From Cyanidioschyzon merolae (Eukaryota), in NCBI GenBank assembly GCA_000091205.1, contig AP006487.2: DNA of 64,000 nucleotides; one strand, 5' to 3'. Shown here in pieces: positions 9,338 through 20,513 of the stretch. The notes under the pieces were generated by a model. It ran no database searches, was not told the origin of the DNA, and saw only the letters and a program-made list of their open reading frames with translations. Positions within the stretch are counted from its first letter, which is position 1, and each line of letters opens with the position of its first letter. Both the position numbers and the translations under genes were made by a program.

Positions 9338-12157
9338 ATGAATAGTTCTCTCATGAAACGTGTCGATTCAGTCGACTTTACCTCCCCGTTGCAGGCTAAC
9401 GTCGAGTTGCTGACCTCGTTGCTGGTGAGCGTCGTCGAACAGCACTGCGGTGAGGCAGTCGCGGGAGCTTTCGAGAAAGTGAGAACGCTGTCGCGTCTCT
9501 ACGACCTCACGCACGAAGAAAAGCACTTTGAGGAACTGTGGTCGCTTGTGCAAGAGCTCCCGATTGATGATCTCGTGAAAATCTGTTCTACTTTCAGCAA
9601 CCTGTGCAACTTGACGAACATTGCAGACCATGTGCACCGCATCCGCCGCCGCCGAGCTTACGAGCGGGGCGAGTCCTCGTTCCTCTTGCACTACGGCGCC
9701 GCGGAAACCTTCGAGTACCTGGTCAAGGCAGGCTTCACTCCTGAGGAGATCTATCGCAATTTATGCAACCAGACGATCGATATGGTTTTGACGGCGCACC
9801 CGACGCAGTCGGTGCGACGCTCGCTGCTAAGCAAGCTGCACAGCATTGGAATGCTGCTCATTGAGCTGGATCGCAACGACTTGACCCCACAGGAGCGAGA
9901 TCTCTTGCACATGCGGATTGAAGCAGAAATGAATGCCTTATGGCGGACAGATGAGGTTCGACGCAGTCGTCCGAAGCCGGAAGACGAAGCGCGGGCCGCC
10001 CTCAATGTCATCACGTCTACGGTATGGGACTCTGTTCCGCGTTTCCTACGGCTGTTGGATATTGCGCTCCGCAAGATTGGTATCGAGGGGGGGATACCCC
10101 TTGATTGTCGTCCGTTCGTGTTTTCCTCGTGGGCCGGCGGCGATCGCGACGGGAACCCCAACGTGACCGCTCAAGTGACTTGGGAGACGGTGCTCCTTAA
10201 TCGTTTCCGCGCTGCAGAGCTCTTCCTTGAGGCGATCGAGAGCCTAATGTTTGATCTCTCGCTGCATTACTGTAGCCCCGAGCTGCGCAAGTACATTCAG
10301 ACGTTACCCGAGCCACAGCTGGTTGAAAAAGGCGCCCGAATATCTCTCATATATCGCGAGTTTTCGCACCACGTACCACCATCGGAACCTTATCGACAGG
10401 TTCTGGCCCACGTGCGTGATCGAGTACGTCTCACGAGAGACTATTTCGGGGCATTGCTCTCCCAAAATCATGCGTTAGCGGATCAGATCGATCCCAGCAT
10501 TGTGCTTACCCACGAAGAAGAGCTACTGGAGCCACTGCGCCAAATCTACGCCTCCTTGCTAGCCGAGAGTGACGTTGCGGTGGCTCGCGCAGGACTCACC
10601 GACCTTATCCGCCGTGTTCAGGCCTTTGGTTTATCACTTTTGCGCCTCGATATTCGTCAAGAGGCGAGCATGCATACCGAAACCATGGACGCAATCACTC
10701 GGTATATCGGCGGCGGGTTGAAGCCGTACACCGAGATGACCGAAGCAGAACGGATGGCGTTTCTGTCGGAGACGCTGCAAGGACGCCGCCCACTCATTCC
10801 CCGCGACGGCATACCGGACTGCAGCGCTGCCGTCCAGGAGGTCTTGCGTACCTTTGAGGTATGCGCGAAAATCTCCCGTGAGATATCCACCACCGCGCTC
10901 GGTGCCTACGTCATTTCGATGTGCATGGAGCCGAGCGACGTCCTCTGTGTGGAGGTACTCCAACGCGAGTTCGCACCAAAACGGCCTCAGAGGGTGGTAC
11001 CGCTCCTCGAGACCATCGGAGCGTTGCAGAAGGCTACTGAATTGTTGACAAGCCTGTTTGAAGTGCCGTGGTACCGCGAGCACCTCAGGAGCGACCACGA
11101 CAATGTTCAGGAGGTCATGATCGGTTACAGCGACAGTGGCAAGGACGGTGGTCGAATCACCTCGGCGTGGGAGCTTTATCTTGGCCAAGAGCGTCTGGCC
11201 CAGACTGCCCGAAAGTACGGCGTGCACTTGCGCTTCTTTCACGGTCGCGGAGGCACCGTGGGCCGCGGCGGTGGGCCCCAGCACCTCGCGATCATGTCAC
11301 AGCCGCCGGATACCATCAACAAGTATTTGCGGGTAACCATCCAGGGAGAAGTCATTCAGCAGGATTTCGGAATGCCGGCCCTTGCGGATCGTACGCTGGA
11401 AACCTTCACAACAGCAGTTCTCCGGCAAGAACTGATGCCTTTCCGCAACGTACATCCCAAGTGGCGTGAAATCATGGACCGCATGAGCCACGTGAGCTGT
11501 GAGCACTATCGTTCGATCGTCTACAAGCAACCGAACTTTGTGCGCTATTTCCGGTGCGCTACACCAGAACCTGAGCTCGGCATCCTGAACATTGGGTCAC
11601 GACCCCAGAAGCGACGCGAAGGTGGCGTGGAAACGCTGCGGGCGATACCATGGGTCTTCAGTTGGAGCCAAAATCGACTCCAGTTACCGGTCTGGCTGGG
11701 CATCGGCGACGCCATCGAGGATGCCATCGAGCGAGGCGATGGCGACACCCTTCGCAAAATGTACCTCGAATGGCCCTTCTTCCGGTCGTTTATGGACCTT
11801 ATTGAAATGGTGCTCGCAAAGGCCGATACCCATATCGCTGCCAAGTACGACGAGGTGCTGGTTCCGGATCCCGACATGCACGCCATTGGGTCAGAGCTGC
11901 GGAGGCGGCTCCAGCATACCATCGCTTTGGTGATGCGCGTGTCGGGCTCTCGGCGTCTTCTCGATAACGACCGTCCACAGCAACGAGCGATTGATGCGCG
12001 GCGGCCTTGGTTGACCCCCATGAACTTGGCACAAGTGCGAGCGCTGAAACTCATGCGCACTGCAGCAGCGCAACAGAGCGAGCCGGAGTCGAACGTCACC
12101 GATTTGTTTGTGATTAGTGTCAAGGCGTTGGCGGCAGGCCTGCAGAACACCGGTTAA
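9338..12157 (+). CDS. PEPC: Phosphoenolpyruvate carboxylase (939 aa)
   Basis: Diagnostic PEPC motifs: VLTAHPTQ (catalytic His loop), GYSDSGKDGG, FHGRGGTVGRGGGP (Gly-rich loop), and the invariant C-terminus ...LQNTG. The full-length architecture sits in one ORF with an ATG start. Confidence 0.95.
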   Translation: MNSSLMKRVDSVDFTSPLQANVELLTSLLVSVVEQHCGEAVAGAFEKVRTLSRLYDLTHEEKHFEELWSLVQELPIDDLVKICSTFSNLCNLTNIADHVHRIRRRRAYERGESSFLLHYGAAETFEYLVKAGFTPEEIYRNLCNQTIDMVLTAHPTQSVRRSLLSKLHSIGMLLIELDRNDLTPQERDLLHMRIEAEMNALWRTDEVRRSRPKPEDEARAALNVITSTVWDSVPRFLRLLDIALRKIGIEGGIPLDCRPFVFSSWAGGDRDGNPNVTAQVTWETVLLNRFRAAELFLEAIESLMFDLSLHYCSPELRKYIQTLPEPQLVEKGARISLIYREFSHHVPPSEPYRQVLAHVRDRVRLTRDYFGALLSQNHALADQIDPSIVLTHEEELLEPLRQIYASLLAESDVAVARAGLTDLIRRVQAFGLSLLRLDIRQEASMHTETMDAITRYIGGGLKPYTEMTEAERMAFLSETLQGRRPLIPRDGIPDCSAAVQEVLRTFEVCAKISREISTTALGAYVISMCMEPSDVLCVEVLQREFAPKRPQRVVPLLETIGALQKATELLTSLFEVPWYREHLRSDHDNVQEVMIGYSDSGKDGGRITSAWELYLGQERLAQTARKYGVHLRFFHGRGGTVGRGGGPQHLAIMSQPPDTINKYLRVTIQGEVIQQDFGMPALADRTLETFTTAVLRQELMPFRNVHPKWREIMDRMSHVSCEHYRSIVYKQPNFVRYFRCATPEPELGILNIGSRPQKRREGGVETLRAIPWVFSWSQNRLQLPVWLGIGDAIEDAIERGDGDTLRKMYLEWPFFRSFMDLIEMVLAKADTHIAAKYDEVLVPDPDMHAIGSELRRRLQHTIALVMRVSGSRRLLDNDRPQQRAIDARRPWLTPMNLAQVRALKLMRTAAAQQSEPESNVTDLFVISVKALAAGLQNTG

Positions 12158-13432
12158 GCGTGGTATCCAGGGTTCGTCCCTGGATGCTCTGTACGATAGG
12201 GAAAAGAGCGGAGCTTGTCTGCGTGAGTTCACGATTGAACAAGCGCAGAACGAGCGATCGGCGAAAGCGTCTTTCAGGCCAAGCGTAAAGCAGCACAGCC
12301 TCCACCTGTGATTGATCAGCGCGGAACACCGACCCGTGCGCTCTGTTCGTGCATTCCGATTCTCTCTGGGAAGTTTCTCTCTCAGATGCACCGACTCGAT
12401 ATTCCAAGGGCCGGCACAAGGGCTGGTGGATGCATACATAGGTACGGGATGCTCGGTCTGTTTTCCCAAGCGACTTCAGCGACGCTTTCTCGCGGGAATT
12501 CGATACGTTACTGGCATCAAAATGGTTCATGGTAGGTCAGGACTCGGATTCAGAGTACTGCGGTTATCATGAGACCATGGAGACATACAGGGCTCCTCTC
12601 TGCTTTTTCACTGACATGCAGCATGCTCGAATCGCGCGTTCATCAAGTTTCCGATATTTCTGTTTCAGGTTGCTTTGTCGACACATCCATTCGCGCTGCG
12701 GAATGGATGAGGGGAACGGGAACGAAGATGCCCCTTGGCGATTTCCTCACAAGCTCCGGCAGCAAGCCCCCTGAATCTATCGCCTCAAACAATCGACTCG
12801 GTCTGAACGGCAAATCCCCCGCTCTTGGTGATCATCGACGGAACAACATTGGACGGCAGCATGAAACCTCCCACGGGAGATGATGCAGGACGCGTTCTTT
12901 CGTTCGGTGTTTGCCAGGAAGAAGACCACGGGATCGGAATGGATTCCAGTCAGCGATCGCTTCGAGTGGAGCGTGCTTCACTGCGTTGCCCGAACGAAGC
13001 GTGTTCAGATCGATATTCGTCGAATTGTTCTCCCGTTTTGGATGTTCGTTTCGGTACTTGTTTTTCCATGGTAAACATCGCGCTCCATAAACACTCTATC
13101 GAATGGAATAGCCTGTTCTTGCACGTCCAATAGACAGCGTGCTCGAGCAGGAAATCGCAAACGAGAAGCCTGTCATCGTTGCATGTTGCAGCGGGCGCGA
13201 AAACGAGCAAGCACATCGCGGGAAGCCTTCTGTACCAGTCGAGGGCATGTACCGAACGATGAAATGAGGTTTCACGCGCCACAGCGTTGTCGTCTTCCTC
13301 CTCAGCGGAGGACTAGGACTAGTTGGAGAAAGTTTGATATACTTATGAGAACACGCAACTACCGTGGATTGTCAGCGCTACGAAGCGCGCACCGATGCTT
13401 TATACAAAGCAGATGAAAATGGCAAGCAACGC

Positions 13433-14065
13433 TTACATCTCAACGAAAAGCTGCGCATCCAGTGTGTCGATAGCAGCTGTGCGTGTCGACATTGCGACTG
13501 GAACACCGCAATCAACATCCTTCGACTCCTGACAACAGAGCTGGAGGGGCAGGAATGACCGGCGTCTTTCATGCTGCAGAGAAGAGATAGAGGAAACGGA
13601 GCTAATCATACAAAACCCCGCAACAGGCTGGTGATGACGACAAAGTATACTGACCCAAACTTGAGCATGATCATCCGAATGAGAGCACCCGTCCCTTTCT
13701 AGTCTAACATGGGCGTCACGTGATGCACGCCGTATAAACGCCGGGAACTGGACCAGAGCGTCACCATCACCATCACTATCATCATCACGATCATTATCAT
13801 CATCACCATCACCGTCACTATCAGCATTGTCATCACCATCATCACTATCATTATCACCATCCTGGATTCGGATCGCGAGTGTACGCTTTACAGGGGCTGT
13901 CTCCGTGTATACCCTCGGATGAAGCAATCCAAAACCGCCTGACGTGTCGCACACTATATCCAGGGAACCGGAGTATCGCCTTCTTGGGTACGGCGTGCGA
14001 GCGCAGACTTGACACCAGATGCCTCCGCAATGAACATCAGGTAGAACAACCACAGCAGCAGACAT
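13433..14065 (-). CDS. Hypothetical acidic protein (Asp/Gly/Asn-rich run DGDDNADSDGDGDDDNDRDDDSDGDGD); possibly spurious
   Basis: ORF of 210 aa. The acidic run is the antisense reading of an imperfect (CAY)n His-codon microsatellite. No recognisable domain. Confidence 0.2.
   Translation of the reverse strand: MSAAVVVLPDVHCGGIWCQVCARTPYPRRRYSGSLDIVCDTSGGFGLLHPRVYTETAPVKRTLAIRIQDGDNDSDDGDDNADSDGDGDDDNDRDDDSDGDGDALVQFPAFIRRASRDAHVRLERDGCSHSDDHAQVWVSILCRHHQPVAGFCMISSVSSISSLQHERRRSFLPLQLCCQESKDVDCGVPVAMSTRTAAIDTLDAQLFVEM
13760..13860. repeat. Imperfect (CAC/CAT/TAT)n trinucleotide array, about 100 bp
   Basis: caccatcaccatcactatcatcatcacgatcattatcatcatcaccatcaccgtcac... seen directly. It reads as poly-His/Tyr in one frame, but a stop lies immediately upstream and no ATG, so it is probably non-coding on the plus strand. 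Confidence 0.8.
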
Positions 14066-14471
14066 AGCGTCCTACATACTGACCTCTATGTAACGGTAAA
14101 GCGGTACGCAGTCTGTTCTCTGATGATGTGCCAGGCGATGCTCCAGCGTCGCAGCATCGATGCACTGTGCTGCATCCTGCCCGCTGCTGGTCAGCTGCTG
14201 CTCTTGCAACTGCCACTGTTCCGAAGAGCAGACACGTGCTTCTCGTTTGCTGTTACTTTGCAAACAAAACTGCGCTCGTGTTCAAAACGACTCCATGAAA
14301 CAGCCCGTTGACGTGAACGGTGAGCGATCACGACGGACGCGCTGTAGCCCGCACAGCGACTCTGGACTAGCACCCATGCAATGATGACCATGATACATTA
14401 ATCTTTAAGACCTATGCACGTACAAAAGCATACACAAATCCAGACACCCCGCATTCTCGTTCCCGATAGCT

Positions 14472-14474
<3 letters not shown>

Positions 14475-14511
<37 letters not shown>

Positions 14512-14523
14512 GGAGAGAGAGAT
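14475..14523. repeat. (CA)17 followed by a (GA)n compound microsatellite
   Basis: cacacacacacacacacacacacacacacacacagagggagagagaga seen directly. It lies in the 3' flank of the CCCH gene. Confidence 0.9.
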
Positions 14524-14675
14524 CCCCTAGTTTCCTGAAGAGCGTCGATGCGCTCGTCCGTGCCTGCGACTCGCGGTCACTCGCCACCGTTGTGCGGCAG
14601 CAGCATGGATCCAGTCCTCCGTCGACTTCGAGCTTGCTCCGTGGTAGGGCATACAAACACCGATCGTACGGGTCG

Positions 14676-16742
14676 TTAAGGTCGCTCCAGTGAGGGCGTG
14701 GGCGCTGCGGTGGCCGCTGTCGTGCGCTCCGGGTTCGTGGACCTCCCGGCGGCATGCTCGGATCCGGGTGTCGGTAACGATGTCGGATGCACTGCGGAAG
14801 CGCGCAACGGAGGTGAGAAATCATCCAGCCATTCTGCAGTTAGCTCAGGTTCGTTCGGTGTTCGCCCAACAGGCCAACTTGAGTACGGAGCGCTCGACGA
14901 TAGCGCCTTGGAATCGTTCGATGACCATACAGAAGCTTGCCACTCGTGCATTTCCCGGCCCGTGGTATAGACGGGGTCCGCCCCGGCGTCACGTCCAGGA
15001 CCCGCTTCGAGTCCACTGAACGACAGCCGGCCAGCGCTGACACCGTCTTCGTTCCATGATGAAGCCGGCTCTGTGCTCGGGCGCTGCGGACCCGACCAGT
15101 AACCCTGTGTTGTCCAGGTATTTGGCGGCACCGGGCTTGCAGCAAAAGGCACTGCGTTCACGTTCGTGCCCGGTGTACCGGGCACGTGGTCGCGCACATC
15201 CAACACGCTCGAAACCAGCGGTGCATGAAAACTTCTCGCGATGGACTCTCGAGTTGCCGAGGCCGGCGAGTGCCCCGTGGTGCCCCCTGGAATCGTTTTG
15301 CCCAGTGATGCATTACCTGCGATCGACAAGCAACCCGCCCCGCTGGTATCCGGTGTCGAGAACGAGTGTGGCGAACGTGCAGGCGGCAGGAGCGGCGGTG
15401 GCGGTAACGATCGATGAACCGGTGTTCCAGGTGCTGCATTGAAGGGTTTCAGTACAGGTTGACTGCGGCCGTGCGATAACCCGCGCTGGGACGGCGACCA
15501 CAGCAGCGGATCCGAACTTCGCTCCGCTGCACCTGGCCAACTGCCAACATGTTTCTCGGACGGCGTTTGTTCGCGTGGCGACGGCAGCGACCAGGAAAGC
15601 TCTGTGGGCGAGCACGTTGGTGCCGATCCAATGCTCACTGTGCTCTCTGCTCGGCACATGGTGTCGTCGTCACACGAGCGATGTTTTGGGACGCTGCTGG
15701 ACAACCAGGAGGATGCGGCATCCGCGGCTCGCTCGTGTTCGGAGCGGCGGCGAGCGTCACGCGGGGCTGCAGCCCCCACCGAACCGCTCACGTGATGCAG
15801 GCGCATAGGCCGCTCCGCGGGATCCAGTGCGGGATGGTTATACTTACAGCTGCTCCCATAAGGACATGAGCCGGTCATGACCCAGTCGAAGCAGTCACGA
15901 CGGTTGAGCGAATCAATCAGTCGTGCGTCTCGGGGCGGATGATTGAACTTGCAGCGAGCCCCGAACTGGCAGCGGCCAGTCTTCAGATAATGCAAACAAT
16001 CGGGTGCACCCTCGCGACACGGGTAGACGCCCGGTCGACTCGTGAGCTGGGCGGTGTTCGCGCCAGCCGACAGCATTCCAGCAGCACCCGACGCATTGTT
16101 TCTGGGTCCACTGGATGCATGACTTCGCGGAGCACCGCGTCGATCAGACATGGCGAGTGAGCTGCCGGGACTCGATACGCTCGCTGTTGTCGCTAGCGAG
16201 CTATTCGACGAGAACTTGGGTGAGCGCGGGTGAAGCGGAGACGATGCGCTGCTCCGTATGACCGGAGCCCCGGAAGCAGGAACATTCACGTTCGGGGATG
16301 GAGGCGCAGAGGCACGTCCCGCTCCAGTGCCGTTGGTCGGTGGGAGATTCGCACCTGGCGGCTCACGCCTTGGCCAACTAGTGGTGCCGGCCTCTGCTCG
16401 AGTGACTGGCCATTTTTGCTCTGCGACGTGACTAGAACCCAGAACGCTATCGAATGAAGACCCCAAGCTGCTGGAGTGGGCGGCTCCTGCAAGAGAGCGG
16501 CGGGCGCTCGGATACTGCTGCGTGTCCCGTGCGGAACCCGAGGTTTTCGGCCAACCCCCGGATTCATCTTTATCCACCAAACTCCATGCTCCCTGCAAGT
16601 CCAGACCAAACTCGAGTGGAGAATAGGAGCTTGCGGCGTTTTCACTCGCTACCGCCTCGGCAGCAGAAGCAGCCGTGTCCGTGCGATCCCAGGCAGGTAC
16701 GATACCCTCCGAGTTTCGCTCTAGCTGCACACGCTGTGCCAT
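14676..16742 (-). CDS. Tandem CCCH (C-x8-C-x5-C-x3-H) zinc-finger protein, Pro/Ser/Ala-rich, about 688 aa
   Basis: Two adjacent fingers: [20 protein letters not shown] and [20 protein letters not shown], with the aromatic residues typical of TIS11/ZFP36-like RNA-binding fingers. The ORF-track start at 16748 is GTG, so I placed the start at the first ATG, 2 codons in. Confidence 0.8.
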   Translation of the reverse strand: MAQRVQLERNSEGIVPAWDRTDTAASAAEAVASENAASSYSPLEFGLDLQGAWSLVDKDESGGWPKTSGSARDTQQYPSARRSLAGAAHSSSLGSSFDSVLGSSHVAEQKWPVTRAEAGTTSWPRREPPGANLPPTNGTGAGRASAPPSPNVNVPASGAPVIRSSASSPLHPRSPKFSSNSSLATTASVSSPGSSLAMSDRRGAPRSHASSGPRNNASGAAGMLSAGANTAQLTSRPGVYPCREGAPDCLHYLKTGRCQFGARCKFNHPPRDARLIDSLNRRDCFDWVMTGSCPYGSSCKYNHPALDPAERPMRLHHVSGSVGAAAPRDARRRSEHERAADAASSWLSSSVPKHRSCDDDTMCRAESTVSIGSAPTCSPTELSWSLPSPREQTPSEKHVGSWPGAAERSSDPLLWSPSQRGLSHGRSQPVLKPFNAAPGTPVHRSLPPPPLLPPARSPHSFSTPDTSGAGCLSIAGNASLGKTIPGGTTGHSPASATRESIARSFHAPLVSSVLDVRDHVPGTPGTNVNAVPFAASPVPPNTWTTQGYWSGPQRPSTEPASSWNEDGVSAGRLSFSGLEAGPGRDAGADPVYTTGREMHEWQASVWSSNDSKALSSSAPYSSWPVGRTPNEPELTAEWLDDFSPPLRASAVHPTSLPTPGSEHAAGRSTNPERTTAATAAPTPSLERP

Positions 16743-19700
16743 TCTCACTAGTTACACGCCCGCAATTCAGAATACACGGAGTCAACAGATCGGCTCCACC
16801 CAAGAAAACTGTGCAAAAGATACAAAACTCTTGTCCAGGAAGCGAGTACGCCCCGCGAAAGCTCCCGGAACAAAAAAGCGCTTCAGAGGGCACGGAGCTA
16901 CCGCGCACCCTAGTCTGTGCGGTAGCAAACTTTGCGTCGTGTACGCTCTATGCTCGCCAGTCCGCTGCCTGAATAGACACAAGACAACACACCAGAGCAG
17001 TGCGTGCGGTACACGCGCACCAAAAAAAAACGACGAATGACGTTACACTCAAAGCTCGTGGAGTCTCTGCCAGAAGCGCTCCTAACGAGCGCTGCCGGAC
17101 TCGCGTGCCCGTTGCACGTCACCACCCTCAGATGCATTATTGTACATGATTGTACTAAATGGAACCGTTTCTAAGAATCTCCTGGTGGCGGCAAGCGCAC
17201 TGCGCCTCTCGTGATCGGGTTCGTGACGCGCGCACGCAGCATCTCGCCACCGGAGTCGGCAGGCGTCGTTGACGGACAGCGCGCGTGTCACGCAAGCGCC
17301 TGGCGTCGCTCCGGCACGCAGCGCGGCTGAACGGAGGCACGCAGGATGTCGCCACTGGCGTCGCTGCGGCACGCGATGCCCATGAGGCGCAGCCAGGTCG
17401 CAGTGCGCGCTAGCTGACGGGCTCAATAGGACTCTTGCACGCGCATGCAAGCGGAACCGGCGCTATGGGCTGTGCACGAGCAAGGCAGATCACGGTCGTG
17501 ACATGTGTACAGGAGCAGGATTCGAGCTTCTGCATCGGGCCTGGACATTGCCTGTGCAAACGCGAACGGAAAAGATGTCGACGCTGTAGGCGGCGTTTCG
17601 TGTGCCAGCTGCCGACGACGCATGGCGCACGGTAATGCGCAGGCATGTCGGGAAAAACTGGAACAGGCCCTGTAACTCGGGTATACATTCTAAAGTTTGG
17701 GTATCTTCCTGCGATTGTCAATTGCAGGTGTTGCAGGATTTTCTGTCACTGATTCTTTACCTCTCTCTTGTCTCCGCCCGTATATACGACAGTCGATACT
17801 GACCAGCCAGCTTCGATGTCAGGATTCGAAGGGTGTTGACGGTGGCACGCAAGTGCCGAGTTCACGGCGTCCGGCTGTTGCCCAGGCATTTCATGCACTA
17901 GTGAAAGTTACGATCTAGGCTTCGGTTGCCGAATTCACCTTCCATGTATACAGGCCTGGTGCGTTCTTTTGGAGCGATGACGTACCCGGTTGTGATCGGG
18001 TGTTCAGTGATGTCTAACGCGCCTCTTCCTCCGAGTGCTGCCCTGTGGCGCGCAAACGCTTGCTTTATTGCCTGATACTCGTACTTGGCGGGTACGAAAG
18101 GCCCCTTTGGATGCCGTCCTCAGTTTCCTCGCCAGCCGCGGCACCCTGCGATGACGGCATTCTTGTGCGCGATTCCATCGGCGCGTACGATGCCCGTTGC
18201 ACACACCAAAAGCGGCTGCAGCCCACTTGGTGGAGGATTTGTGAAACGTGGTGTTTTCCATGATGAAACAAGTGCCGGACGGCGAAGGCTCGTCGGAGAA
18301 CAAATCGAGAGCTCATGATCCGTGTACACTACCCTGGTGCAAATTGGTGAAGAACGATGCACTGGAAGCGATCGCTGCGATGACTCATATCCGAGTTTCA
18401 GACATTTTCGCATGCAAACCGGAGGAGTGCGAGCCTCAGGGAACATGTCACATGACGCACCCCGCACTGGGTTCGAATCCCGTTTTATCGATGTTCACAC
18501 CGAGAGGACGTGTCTCCTTTACAAACGAGATCAACGATTTGACGCGACAGGTCCAGTGAACCTTTGGGATGCGCTGGTGAACAAAGCGTCAAGAGACGAC
18601 ATCGATGATCTTGCTGTTTTACTCCTGCCACGCAAATCGCTTCGCCCACGATCAGCCTTGAAACAGAGAGGTCGATAACGTGAAGTATACGTGATTTGAA
18701 CATTCTGCACATGAAGAGAGGAGAGGAGTCGATGCTTGTACGTACGCTTTGAATGATCATATTTGTTATGTTGTATGCCCGTATTCAAGGGAGTCATGAA
18801 TCATGGCAATTCCGATGACGCTAAGAATTCCAGTGTTCAAGCGTCGGAGGAGCCTTTCCAAAACGAAGACCGAGACACCCGAACCTGCGTTTGAGTCCAA
18901 AAAAACCCGGACTGCTGCACTGGTACTGTCGAAGATGTACTTGTACAAAAGAATCAAAAGCCAAGAACACACCATGCAGTTCAGCGTTCTATTCTAAACT
19001 GAGACAAGCGTAGATTCGATTTGTGCGAGATAATCCTTTCGTTCTGGATAGAATGCATTCCTGCAGGAAGACCGCGGAAAGCACCACGATTCAGTCAATC
19101 TGGACACCATGCTCTCCAGCTGACTTTTGATTTACGGTCCTAGTCGTTTCAAACACCAGGTCGGGACGACTCCGGGCAGCTCGATACCCCCGTGAAAGCG
19201 CAAGCGTAGCGGCCAGAGAACGCTGGAGCGCAGGCGTGTTCTGACCCAGGGCGGGCAGCAGCGTCTCGAGACGGTGCAGAGCGGCGAGCAGCGCAGGCGC
19301 TCGACGACCCCAACAAGGAGATAGCGTCGCCGTTCCGTTTCTGTGCGATGTCTGCGGTAGCGCTATAGGATTCATTGCCGGCGCCCGCGCGACAGAATGC
19401 ACGGAGCGTGTTCCCAAAAGTAAAGCAGAGTTCGGAACCGGTGAAACTCGGATGTATGGTGCGGAATAATGGGTGCTCTCCCGAACGGAAGCGACACTCT
19501 GGCAGTCGGGTGTCTCTTTGTTCGTGAGAACGATACGACAACTATACGTGCCTCGTGAAACAAAAAATATTTCACGAACTTGTCGGGTACATGAATATGC
19601 CCACGCGCAGACGCGTCCCAGCATTGTTTTACCGACCGACGGCTATCGGCTTCAGTTTCTAATTGAACACTTCAACTCTGGGAAGCAGCCCCACAAAGTT

Positions 19701-20164
19701 GGATCGCAACAGCTTCTCGGGCATCGTCTTCCGCACCGCACATCATCTGATACGGAGAGCGTTGTTAAAGTCCCGGTTACCGAATTCCATTCGTCAATTG
19801 CCTCTGGTTGAACGCACCAATGCAAGGATTCCTACAATTCGAACCAACTGAACAACTACAGACTCTTCATCGCTCCCTCAGGGAAACACAGTTTCTCGCC
19901 TATCTCCCATGTTCTTCACCTGCTTTTCCTCGCTCGATAGTAGCCGAAACGAGGATTCTCTCGTTCTTTTCCAGCAGCCAGCGATGCAGGCCTTCCAGAA
20001 TCCTCGACTTGCAAGTCCAAGCCTTTCCCTTTGATTTTTGTTTCTTCAATATGAACGCAATTCGAACGCGTCAGCTATAAAGGCGCCAAACAGCATGTGC
20101 GCACACGCTCCCGGGGGCGAAGCTCTGGTGCGATGAAAGCCCTGCGCAAAACTCGCGGATCGGT

Positions 20165-20290
20165 GCGGCGCATCGCCCTGCAGGCGCGATTGCTGTCGCT
20201 TTCGGCAGGCTCGTCACACGATAGGACGTATGAAACGACCAGAATATCCGAGATGAAGTATAGGTAATGCAACTTGGGAATAGGGGGTTG
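20165..20290 (-). repeat. Copy 1 of a short dispersed element (about 130-170 bp family; other copies at 38120-38260 and 55390-55580)
   Basis: The reverse complement aligns to 38120-38245: ...tctcggatattctggtcgtttc[a/g]tacgtcctatcgt[g/a]tg...gcctgccgaaagcgacagcaat[c/a]gcgcct[g/a]cag... It also shows up as shared peptides in the spurious ORFs: LGYSGRF[I/V]RPIV, LPKATAIAP, ISDILVVSYVLS, AESDSN. It sits about 230 bp upstream of the CenH3 ATG. Confidence 0.75.
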
Positions 20291-20513
20291 ATGGATACCT
20301 CACCGCGCACTGAAACAAACACACATAAAAAAGTAAGAGAAGAAAAATGCGCATAATCGGAGAACGCTGGCCTAGGGAAACGTTTTGTGCATGAAAAAAA
20401 TCGCCCTGCAGGTCCATGACATCAATCCTTCCTTTTTATAAACCTTTAGGTATATAGCGGCCACAGGGTTCGCAAACGCTCCAGCGGCGCGCCAATTCAA
20501 ATCCGATCGTGTA

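Noticed and set aside
18440-18482. Possible tRNA gene suggested by GGGTTCGAATCCC
   Set aside because: I could not build a 7 bp acceptor stem or D/anticodon arms with the flanking sequence. It is treated as a tRNA-like fragment, not a gene. tRNAscan-SE should be run to confirm.
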